The notes under the pieces are model-generated. The model was not told the DNA's origin, did not search any database, and worked only from the letters and a program-made list of their open reading frames with translations. Of a DNA stretch of 64,000 nucleotides, positions 34,601 to 43,790 are shown piece by piece. The DNA is from Diplonema japonicum. Its lineage: Eukaryota > Protista > Euglenozoa: Diplonemea. Every line of letters starts with the position of its first letter. The stretch's first letter is position 1. The position numbers and the translations under genes were made by a program. The stretch lies in NCBI GenBank assembly GCA_964019335.1, contig OZ025717.1, positions 248,001 through 312,000 on the forward strand, written 5' to 3'.

Positions 34601-35742
34601 GTTGTGTCTGGGGCTGTTGTAGCAGGTGCCACTGTGTCGGGAGCTGTCGTGTCTGGTGCTGGTGTAGGGAAATTCGGTATTCTGTAGTAACAAAGGTGGA
34701 ACTTGTTGGCACCCACGCACGCACTGTCGATCAGGCCAGGCCCCTCGCTATAGTCGTAATAAGAGCATTGGCCCATACCGCTTGGCTTTGCGGTCATCTC
34801 GCAGTCAGTACCGGACTGGTCCCACTTTGCTGCTGGGTGATTGCCATCCCCGCACCATTTCTCATTGTAGGTATTCAACGAGCTGTCCTTCCACTCCCAA
34901 GCCGACACGGAAGTGCGCGTGAGGCCAGCCCAGTAGGTAGGCGCCGACTTGCCACCGCACCTGCTGTAAAAGAGGTCGTCCATGATGGAGTGGACACTGA
35001 TGAGGGAGTGACCGGCCTGGCACGCTTTGTCGTTAAAGTCGCTTGTCGAGGATGTGAAGTAGTGGCATTTTTTGTCATAGAAGAATTCGTTAGAAGAACA
35101 GGGATAGTCCCCCACGTAGAGGGACATCCCGTACATCATGGTGCCGTCGAGTTCGCTGTTAGATGCCCCATTCGAGTGAAGGCACCCGATGCTAAGATAG
35201 TCGATGTCTGACTTCACGTAGTTGAAGGTCCCACGCAAAGCGCCGTCGATCTCAAATCGAAAACTCAACGCTGTGACGTCGAAATACAAAGCCAGATGGA
35301 CCCATGTCCCGTCGGCTCTTGCGTCCTGTTGGGTGAGTGTTACGAAGCCGCTGACATGCTCATAGACTCTAATTCCAGTGGAACCTCCGACGAAATAGAA
35401 TCCGAGACTGTACCCGCTGCTGCTAGTCCCGAACACGAAGATCGCCTGGTTCCGCGTAGAAGCCCCGTTTGGACGCACCCACAGTGTTAAGAGAGTGTTG
35501 CTCTTTAATTTCATCTTATCCGTCATCGTGGAGGGTATGACGTACTCCCCTGCCCCCTTGTAGGTCAACCCTTCCTTCCCCGTGAAGGGGTCCGGAGAGA
35601 ATACTATCCCTGCGGTCGTGTCCAACGTGTTCCCATTTCCCGTTGCATCGGCTGCTGATCCTTGCAACCACTCCGCAACGTGTTCGAGACCCTCAACATC
35701 CACTGCCAGAAAGGCGAACAGGGTCGCCACGAGGCGCAGCAT
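31678..35742 (-). CDS. Surface protein C: signal peptide, LamG, C-type lectin, (DTTAP)n stalk, 7TM
   Basis: ATG at 35742 (MLRLVAT), 10 nt downstream of a CAG acceptor; TM region near-identical to B. Confidence 0.82.
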   Translation of the reverse strand: MLRLVATLFAFLAVDVEGLEHVAEWLQGSAADATGNGNTLDTTAGIVFSPDPFTGKEGLTYKGAGEYVIPSTMTDKMKLKSNTLLTLWVRPNGASTRNQAIFVFGTSSSGYSLGFYFVGGSTGIRVYEHVSGFVTLTQQDARADGTWVHLALYFDVTALSFRFEIDGALRGTFNYVKSDIDYLSIGCLHSNGASNSELDGTMMYGMSLYVGDYPCSSNEFFYDKKCHYFTSSTSDFNDKACQAGHSLISVHSIMDDLFYSRCGGKSAPTYWAGLTRTSVSAWEWKDSSLNTYNEKWCGDGNHPAAKWDQSGTDCEMTAKPSGMGQCSYYDYSEGPGLIDSACVGANKFHLCYYRIPNFPTPAPDTTAPDTVAPATTAPDTTAPDTVAPDTTAPDTVAPDTMAPDTVAPDTTAPDTAAPDTTAPDTTAPDTMAPNTTAPDTAAPDTVAPDTTAPDTTAPDTTAPDTMAPDTTAPDTMAPDTTAPATTAPDTMAPDTTAPDTMAPDTTAPDTTAPDTMAPDTTAPDTTAPDTMVPDTTAPDTTAPDTMVPDTTAPDTTAPDTMAPDTTAPDTTAPDTVAPDTTAPDTVAPDTTAPDTIAPDTQAPKTLAPATGAPDTLAPQTLTPGDTIAPPTVAPATLVPTAVPTVAPATLVPTAVPTVAPATLVPTAVPTVAPATEAPATQVPPTGVPTDAPQTPAPSTGTPTAIPTTSPTTSAPTAVPTQAPSTTVPTAVPTGAPNTVTPTVAPTQSPSTDEPTAQPTAAPTPAPGTFTPLTPAPSTTIPTEAPKEAFTSVPKSQNPTTAPLTLAPTAVPLPPTEAPGTYSPLTPKPQQTSEPTPTGTGPETSIPNEKEILRPTPAPGTTFPVNAKNAVKKSSSGAAAVGTNGGKLAAVIGMECEVEDIDLGGGEPLDWEFHPIGIGIGDHAQKYFLGAVVFNLGIMVVFFALNYAIAWAQVAWLGVPWETAIFYVRAPGLVYIPMVWLLMGTSIAASNLAFFPSRAPAWVALVGFIVLTLCISLPVVMWMTLLRRGKFKATTVPDAKINEDAAVIVNNFGKDGEDDNKQVIVYTGWKRTAYILVYGSEVWVRKDGAPDYFVEQYGLFFEQYRHSFHWFSIVEMVQMLALALTSAWKPHNHGMCMFRNVLITLVLFFFFLAIVTLRPYNSTLDMITATAMSGLMFVAVLLMAIAIGVGGSEVMMKWAAYLLFLTALIMMFKGVYDLILYALDVKIGRRWDAVRAARAGNVDVWKGRKEAPSKEMDLEISPYSPIEVYDSKPSDGEEDVDLFVETFHTARASANDSQLDMIKPLLDLLNKPLDDTSKSFGGRASPAQSKPGNKAMTRSRTFSGRKQGETLLFSI
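33945..34660. repeat. Coding 15-bp minisatellite (about 48 x DT[T/M/V/A]AP)
   Basis: Pentapeptide repeat; an adjacent 39-bp unit (TVAPATLVPTAVP) occurs three times near 33720-33855. Confidence 0.93.
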
Positions 35743-35858
35743 GACCGCCCCCCTGTATTGGTGATATATGTCAAAAGCATGGTTTCTTTTTTTTTTTTTT
35801 AAAAGGGGGGAGTTAGAGATCGAAACATGAGAGATAGTAAATGACAAAGGTCATTTCG

Positions 35859-37172
35859 TTAAATAAAAAACACCTCTTCACGCAGGTGTGCTACCGTCGT
35901 GTCGGTCTGCTTGGCGAGCTCCTCGATGAGCGCACTGGCCAGCTGCCTAATATCCGACAGCGCGGATCGGCGGCGGTCGAGTTCTCTCAGCGAGCGGACC
36001 GTGCAAAGAAGCGACTGCAGCTCATGAATCGAAACGGCAACAAGCTTTGTGTAAGTAGGTGATGGCGCAAAAAGACGCGACGGTGCCTTGACCTTCACCG
36101 TGCAAGGAAGAGGGTCTGAAGTACTGTTGTCCACATTCAAGTGCTCTGCAATCGCAGCAAAGTCCCCATGGTGCGCGATCAGAAGCTTCTGCGCGTCCTT
36201 GACAGGGAGGGAGGGTGCAAGGTTCAGCACGTCGTCCAGGCTGCTTCTCCTTGCTGGCGTCTGTCGGACAGGGGCCACCGCCACTGTTTGTGCTTTGGGG
36301 TGCATAACCTTTCTTTTCTTTGGTGCCCGCCACTTCCTTGTGTAGTACTCGACCACGTTGTCAATGTTGTTCCCGAAGTCGGCCAGCTCCTTGACGACCT
36401 CTTCCCTGCTCATCTCGGGCAGCATCTCTTCCAGTACTTCAACGGCAAGGATTCTTTGGAGCGACTCGTCCACACGTCGCACGTCGACCTGTATGCCTGG
36501 GTAGGGGGACGCCTTCGCGTGCTGCCAGTAGTCGAGGACTACGTTTTTGATCTCCAGAAACCTTGAAGGGTTCTTGACCGCCCAGTTAGAGGCCACCACG
36601 CCCATCCATCGCAACCACTTTGCACCGTCGGTTTCACGAGGAACAGGCACCCCGCTCAGCTCATGTGCGGTGCGCATGGCGTCACAGTACTTCGTCAGCT
36701 CCGAGTAGGCATGGCTAGGATCAGGCGACGACAGCCTGGATTCAGCGGCCACTTTGTCCCCCCCGCCTTGCAGTGCAGCGGCGACTGCATCTTCATCGAC
36801 AGGCATCCACACCTTGAAGGCAGGCGGCCGTGGTGTATCCCCGCAACAATTTTCAAGTATACCGTTACCAACGAGTGAGGGGGGCTTGAGGGGCTCGTAC
36901 TCGAAGCTTGCGGCTGTTCCGGGGGCAGCAGAAAGGGAACCCTCGGACTGCAGATCGAGCTTCTCCGACGTGTTCTTCGAACATGCCTTGTCACAGCTCT
37001 CCTGCGAGGGCTGCAGCATTGGCACGGAACGTTGTTCGACAGGTTTTCCAGGTTGGGAGCATTCTTCTGACGGAGCCTTTCCATCCCCGTGTGGTTGAGA
37101 GGGCTCCGAGTTTAGGTCAAGCGTCTCAGAGGTGACCTCGGGGGTCAGTGCCGCTTCAGGCTGGTCACTCAT
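35859..37172 (-). CDS. Protein with two CUE/UBA-like ubiquitin-binding helical domains
   Basis: LEEMLPEMSREEVVKELADFGNNIDNVVEYY and LNLAPSLPVKDAQKLLIAHHGDFAAIAEHL resemble CUE; disordered N-terminus; basic PKKRKV NLS-like motif. Confidence 0.6.
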   Translation of the reverse strand: MSDQPEAALTPEVTSETLDLNSEPSQPHGDGKAPSEECSQPGKPVEQRSVPMLQPSQESCDKACSKNTSEKLDLQSEGSLSAAPGTAASFEYEPLKPPSLVGNGILENCCGDTPRPPAFKVWMPVDEDAVAAALQGGGDKVAAESRLSSPDPSHAYSELTKYCDAMRTAHELSGVPVPRETDGAKWLRWMGVVASNWAVKNPSRFLEIKNVVLDYWQHAKASPYPGIQVDVRRVDESLQRILAVEVLEEMLPEMSREEVVKELADFGNNIDNVVEYYTRKWRAPKKRKVMHPKAQTVAVAPVRQTPARRSSLDDVLNLAPSLPVKDAQKLLIAHHGDFAAIAEHLNVDNSTSDPLPCTVKVKAPSRLFAPSPTYTKLVAVSIHELQSLLCTVRSLRELDRRRSALSDIRQLASALIEELAKQTDTTVAHLREEVFFI

Positions 37173-37997
37173 GTTTGCTTTGGTGTAATTACTATTTTTT
37201 TTTTTTTTTTTTTTTTTTGCCTGTTAAATCAAAATTTCGTTTTTTTGCTTTTCTTTTGTTGTCTTTCTTCTTTATTTTTGACCGCGGCACTAACAGAGTA
37301 ACTGCGGGGGGGCAATAACAGGAAGGACACTGAATAAGGCAGAGAACGAGGCAAATATGCACAGGGTAATGGTTTTATCAAAATAAAAAAAAGAAAAAAG
37401 TAAAAAAAAACTCAAAAAATAGTTCCTTGGACTAATGGCAAAAAATTGGGAGAGGGGGGTTTTTTTTTGAGTGTCTGTCGCTGGGGTGGGTAAGTATTAA
37501 TCAGAAAGGAAAATTCCAAAGGAAAAAAAGGGGGGTGTGCATTAAAAAAATGGGCAGGAGGGGAAATCCCAGTTTTTTTTCTTGTTCTTTTTTTTTTTTT
37601 CTTCTCCCTTTTTTTTTCCCTCCCCTCCTGACACCCTCAACCGTTAGTTGTGTTAAAGAAAATATTCGGGCCGGGAGTGGGGTGGTGGGGGGAGGGGCAG
37701 CTTTGCGCTTTTGTTTTCCCGTTTTTTTGTCCCTCCTTTTTTTTTTTTTTTTTGCCCCATTCCCTTTTCAATAAAAAAGGGTACTTTTTACTTGTCAGAC
37801 TCACATAGTTACTATAAAAAATAAGAGATGGGGTGAAAAAAGAAAGGGGGTGGTGAAGTCCCCCACTCAGGAATGTAATTTTTTTTTTTTTATTTCACTC
37901 TTTGTCATAGTCATTTTCTTCACTCACTGGTGGGCCTCATAATTTAACGCGAAACGCTGATGAAATTTTTTAGCTGACTCGTGAAAGGAAAACACTT

Positions 37998-38100
37998 GAT
38001 TCCGGAGAGGGAGCCTGAGAAACGGCTACCTCTTCTAAGGATGGCAGCAGGCGCGCAAATTGTCCAATAGCAACGCTGCTGAGGTAGCGAAGAGAAATAG
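37998..38100 (+). pseudogene. Isolated 18S (SSU) rRNA fragment
   Basis: GATTCCGGAGAGGGAGCCTGAGAAACGGCTACC...GGCAGCAGGCGCGCAAATT is a conserved eukaryotic SSU block; the flanks are not rRNA. Confidence 0.92.
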
Positions 38101-38852
38101 TGTGAGTGACTCAAATGACGAAGAGTGAAATAAAACGACTTACTTGCCGCCAAATGGGCCATAATTTAACTCGAGTTAAATATGACTCATAATTTGTTGG
38201 CAATGAATAGCAATTTTTTTTTTTTGCTCTCTTCCACTTGCTCAAAAGGGTTTCTTTGCTGCCTGTATCCCCTCCCCTCCCCTCCCTTTTTTTTTTCTTC
38301 TTTTTGTGAAAAGTGCAACACAAAACCCAGATTTCTTTTTTTTTTGTTTTGTTTCCACACCTCACTTGGTTCCCTTTTCCCCGTTTCATTTGATGCGATA
38401 ACTTACAAAAAGGCATCAAAACAAAAAACTGGAAAAAAAATAAAGGGGGGGGGTGAGGACAGCAAGGGGTAGGGAATAAGGCCGCCACTGCAGGGAAAAA
38501 AAGGGGGAGGGGGAAGGTAACTACGAGGAGAAGTGTGCTAGAGCAACCGCACCACCCCTCAAAAAAGCACACCTGAAGGGATGGAGGGGACATTTTTTTT
38601 TTCAACTTGGCAACATTACCGCACAGTTGTCATTGCCATTTTTTTGGGGGGTTTTTCATCTCTTTTTTTAACTCTAGGAGGAAAGAGGGGGCGGGGGGGC
38701 TTCTGTTTCTGACACCTGGATCTAAAAGGGGGGAAATAAAAAATGGGAAAAAAAAATTCAAAGACCAGATAAAAATGGGGGGGGTCGGACTAGGTGGCGC
38801 AAGTTAGGAAATATGAGAACGCGTGAAAAAAAAAGGAAAACACAATCGCGGT

Positions 38853-38887
<35 letters not shown>

Positions 38888-39471
38888 AAAAAAGGATGAG
38901 AAGGAGGGACGGGAGTAGGGGGGTGGGGGCACGGACAATTAGTTCTCCCCCTTCCTCCTCTCCTTCTGTTTCCCTCTTTTTTTTGAAAACATACAGATCA
39001 GGCCGTCACAGTAGTTCTAAACTCGTTTTCCCTTTCTTTTTTCGCTCCTTTTCCTTACAATCCTCACTTTTTTTTAAAAACTTCATCATCCAAATCCAGC
39101 AGGGGAAAAAAAAAGAAAAAAAAAAAGCGCAAGTAAAAAAAAATAAAAAAAATAAAAGGGCGGGGAGGTGTGGTGATAAGAAAGCTAGGTTTCCTTTGCA
39201 ACGCTTTATTCTTCTTTTTTTTTTCCCCCGTTTCTTTCCCCCCCCCATCCCGCATTTTTTTTACATCACTTCGCTAAAAAAAAAAAAAAAAGAAAACACA
39301 TTTTTTTTTTTTGTTGAGCCCCATATTTTTTTTAAAATAAAAAAACCGTAAAAACCTAACCACATCTTTTTTTTCTTTTTTTTTTTTTTCTTTTCTTTAC
39401 TTTTTTTTCTCCTTTGCCGGAAGAGGGAAGAAAGGGAAGGGGAAGCAAAAAAAAATCTAAGGATACGTGCT

Positions 39472-39995
39472 TCATTCTTTGATAAGATCAAGCATCATAG
39501 CGTGGAAGGCAGTTGCAGCAGTGCCCTGCTGCTCCCCTACCCTGCTTGCCATTTGCAAAAACTGGTCCACACATGCCACAAGGTCATCACGATTCGTTAG
39601 GTGAGCGTCAAGAGCCTTCTTGACTTTGGGGTTTTTAGTAGATGTCTTAGCCTCCTCACCGCCTTGGGCCACCCACTCAGCTGCCATGATACCATGCATG
39701 AGCTGCAAGGAGTCAGATGCGTCCTGTGTATATACATATATATTTTTTTTCTTTCCCCCTCTCCCTCCATACCACTGTGCTGTCGTTGTCTTCCAGCAAG
39801 GATTTTGCCACCTTCAGGCATTCCTCTTCGTTTTCGGTTCCAAGGAATTCAAGACATTCTTCAATTTCAGCCTTTGCATCGGTGTGGCCCTTCAAGGCAA
39901 CCCAAGATGCTGCATTGCACCTCACGTTCACCTGAAGCAGCTCCTTCAGCAGGGGCCGGAGGGATGCCAAATCGTGGTCTTTGCTCACGAGTTCA

Positions 39996-40030
<35 letters not shown>

Positions 40031-42735
40031 AGTATTTTTCAAAAAAAAAAAAGGAATTACCGAAAACTTCGTTGCCGACGTCTGCGTTCTTCAATTTCTC
40101 AACGTTGACGTTCTGCAGCAGCGACCCAAGGACGACCCAGTGCTTCTCCCCACAGTCTTTCTTCTTAAGAATGCACTCCGCGTTCTGCGTCACCAACTCT
40201 TCCACGCCCAGTTCCTCGTCGCTCTGTAGTGGTGTGGGTATGGTGCTGTAAACATACTATGTCGCTGATAAACCTCCCCAGCCCTGCCATGATGGCGTGT
40301 CCCTGCTTGTCCCGTACCAAGGCTTCGTTGGCTATGTCCTGCATGAGCTTGCATCGTTTTTCCAGACTGATCTCCAAAAGCTGTTGTTATTATTGGACAA
40401 AAAAAGAAAAATATAAAAATACCCTTCTGTGAACATCAACATTGATAGGTTCCGTTTTACCAAATTCCTCCAGCAGTGCGGGTACGGTGATGTCGGCCAT
40501 GGCTGTTGAAGCCTGGGGCGCGTTGGCCAGGGGTGCCCAGCCACGCTCCTTGCGCCTTTCCTCGTGCATCATAGACCTCTCAAGGTCGTCGAACTTCTGC
40601 GGACCAGCAGTCCCGGCCTGCAATTTCTTCTCCCATTTGTTGCCACGAAGGTCCAGCACCTCATGCAAAATGAAGCCCAGCCTGGAGTTTCCTTTGTCGC
40701 ATCTGATTTCGTCGAGCGTCTTGAAATATCCATCCATCTTGGGTCTCCACTCTTCCTTGCCTTGGTCGAGCTGCTTACCAACGGTTTTCAACAGCTGGAC
40801 TGTCTTTTCAAGCCTGGGGTCGTCTAGCTTCGTGTGGTCCTTCAGCAGCCCACTGATGATGACGTGGATGACCTTCTCAGTGAGTAGTGTCCTTTTGAAC
40901 AGCTCTCCTACGAAGTGGATGTTGTTATTCGCACGCTTTTTCATCCTCTCGATTCTAGCCTCCTCTCTTGCTTGGAGTGCCGCCTTCTCCTTATCGGTGA
41001 GGTCGTCGCCGGGTACCTCTGCCTTGGGGTACTGGTCCATCTTCTCGTACTCTGTCTGGCAGATGTTGATAAGAGCTCTTCTGAAGTCCGACTTCCCGAG
41101 CGGCATGTTCATGAGCTTCGCTTGCGCCTTCGACACGTCAGTGCATAGATCTGCGTACACAACAGTGAAGTCCTTCACGGTGATGGCTTCTTCGTAGATC
41201 AGGTTCGCCACGTCCTCCAGCTTCACCTCCTCGGGCCTCCCTTGGATGACCTCGATGATCTGCAGCTTCAGCGCCTCGTACTTTTCGGGCGTGAGCTTGT
41301 TCAGCAGCCCCCGCACCTTGCTCTTCACCTTGTCCGCCTCAGACAGGTTCTTTGTGGTCTTCATGATGGCGTTCATCTTCGGCGCCTTCTTCACGCTCCC
41401 CCAGTACTTGCCACAGTCGCTCGCGAACATCACCAGGGGCTTGATGTTGCTCGTGAGCTCGTCCAAAGACTGCAGCACTTCATTCTGCACTTCGATAACC
41501 TGTTCGAAGGTGTAGTGTTTCTCGTTGCCGGACGGCGCAGAGCCCGGCTGACCTCTCGGATCGCCTGGCGGCGCGACTATCTCAACCGCAGCCGACTTAG
41601 GAACGAACGGGACTGCCTCTGCAGTCAGCTTCGACCCTGCGGGCTTGGGCTGCACTGCTGGGGGTGCAGTCGACATAATGGGCTGCGGCCACGGGTGCTG
41701 AGTTGACGGGGGGAGCTGGTGCTGATGCTGATGCTGGTGCTGATGCTGATGTTGGTGCTGGTGCTGATGCTGGTGGTGGTGGTGATGGTGGTGATGCTGG
41801 TGGTGTTGGTGATGGTGATGATGGTGCACTTGGTGAATGCTGGAGGGCGGCGGGTAGTTCCCCATGTGAGGCTGCGGGTAAGTGTTGACATCTTGGTTCT
41901 CCCCCATCGGGTGGGGCATGGGCATATGCGGGTTCGGCATGTGCTCGCCATTGGGCATCGGAGACGGGGGGAGAGACGTTTGTGGTGCAGGGTTCGCTGG
42001 TGTAGGCGAAGGCGTCGGGGCAGCAGGTGACGGCTGCACGGGGGTCGGCGCGGCGAGCGGAGCGACGTTCTTGGGAGCGGGCTTCTTGGGGACGGGTCTC
42101 TTGGGCTGAGTCTTTTTCTCCCCGGGAACGCCGCAAGCCTTATTGCACCCGATGTTCAAGCAAAAGCTAACGCAGTTATGGCCCTCAATGGAGCCTCTCT
42201 TACATCCGCAAATATTGCCTGCGTCGGGCTTGGGTTTAGCAGACTCTTCGGTGGCAGCAGGCAGAGCAGCGGGCTGGGTAGGCGCCGGTTTTGCCGCAAC
42301 CGGAGAAGGTTCCGGTGCGGGCACGACTTGAGGCTGAGTCGGCTGGGTAACTGGAGGAGTCTTGTCAACTAAGCTCGCCCCTGTAATCGGGTTTATCATA
42401 AGCTTTCTGGCAGGCTGAGCAGTGCTTGGAGGTGCGGCGGCGTACTCTTGCTGCGCCGGGTAATGCGGTGGTATTTGCTGAGGGTGCTGCGCGTGATGTT
42501 GGTGGTGCTGATGGTGCTGGTGGTGTTGGTGGTGGTGGTGGTGATGGTGATGCCCATGGTGGTGGTGGTGGTGGTGGTGATGCCCCGGATCCTGCATATA
42601 TTGCGGGTACTGTTGCCCGGGGTGCTGGTGGTGGTGGTGGTGATGGTGCATATGGTGGTGGTGATGGTGGTGGTGGTTGTGCCCCATCATGTACTGAGGC
42701 TGTGTGGGCTGCGGCCATTGCCCATTGGGGTTCAT
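39472..42735 (-). CDS. EIF4G: eIF4G-like MIF4G protein, 5 exons, about 1024 aa: join(42735-40423,40380-40258,40223-40061,39996-39773,39723-39472)
   Basis: MIF4G motifs KVRGLLNKLTPEKY, FRRALINICQTEYE, NIHFVGELFK; YTFEQVI eIF4E-binding-like motif. Four GT-AG introns (42, 34, 64, 49 nt) restore one frame. Confidence 0.8.
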
Positions 42736-43790
42736 TGTCCTTCCTTCTCCCTCTCTCTAATAACCTTCTCTTTTTTTTTAAATACTTATTTCCCTCTTCC
42801 TTCCGTCCCTTTCCTCTAACTCTCTCTACTACCTTCTGTCCCCACCAAAAGACCGATCTGCCCCCACAAAACTACACCCCGCCAAAAATCTTTTGGGGTT
42901 TAAATGGGTTGGGGAAAAAAAAAGGGGGTGGGGTGGGTGGGGGGACCCTGTGTTGCGTTGTGTTTTTTGTTGTTGTTACAGAAGTTCAAAAAAAAAATAT
43001 AATAAAAGAGGAAAATGGAGAGAAACTTAACAGAGTACGAAAAAGAGTGCCCCAGGGGGGGCAAGAAGAAAACAGCCGGAGTTGTCACTGCAATAGTGCT
43101 TTAGTGCGATGGGTGACCGTTTGTGCTCAAGCGGTGGAAAAAAAAAAAAAAAAGGAAGGGCGAAACTTTTACAAAAAAATACGTTACCGAAGAAACAAAA
43201 ATCGTGGATTTGTTCTTTTTCTTTTGACAACCCCCCTGTATAAAAAAAAGAAAAAAGCCTTAGCCTAACCGAACTGAATCACACGGGGGGGAGGGGGAGG
43301 AAGGGGGGACACGATCCTAATTTGGCCCTTTTCAAAGGCAGCCCAACGCCTGCAGAAAAAAGAAGAAAAAAAAAACTTGAAAGCCCTTATCTGTATATTT
43401 TCTTCAGTGTAGGAAAATAAAAAAAATATAAAAAAACGCTAAAGAAAAAAAGGTGGTGATCTATGTTTCTCTCCTCCTTTCGAAAAAAAAAAAATCCCTC
43501 TTTCCCGTTCCCCCCCTTTTTACTTTTTAGGGGAAATGACAAAGCATCGAAAGAAAAGAAGAAGGGAAAAAAAAAACAAGATGAGAGATCCCTGTATTGG
43601 AACGCCCCCTCCCTCCCCTTTTTTTGTCAATGAATAAGGAGAAAAAAAAAAAAAAAACCAAGTAAAAAAAAGAAAACGAAAGAAACAAAACTGGGGAAGA
43701 AAAAAAAAATGTTTTTTTTTTAATAGAATTCTCAAAAAAAAAAAAAAATCGATCTATTTTTTTTTCTTCTCTTTCCCCCGGCGAGATTCC

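Noticed and set aside
16830-34660. Regular repeats as CRISPR or satellite arrays
   Set aside because: No unique spacers; in-frame within CDSs with synonymous variation; eukaryotic context.
37998-38100. Functional rDNA locus
   Set aside because: Only about 100 bp of SSU; no flanking rRNA sequence.
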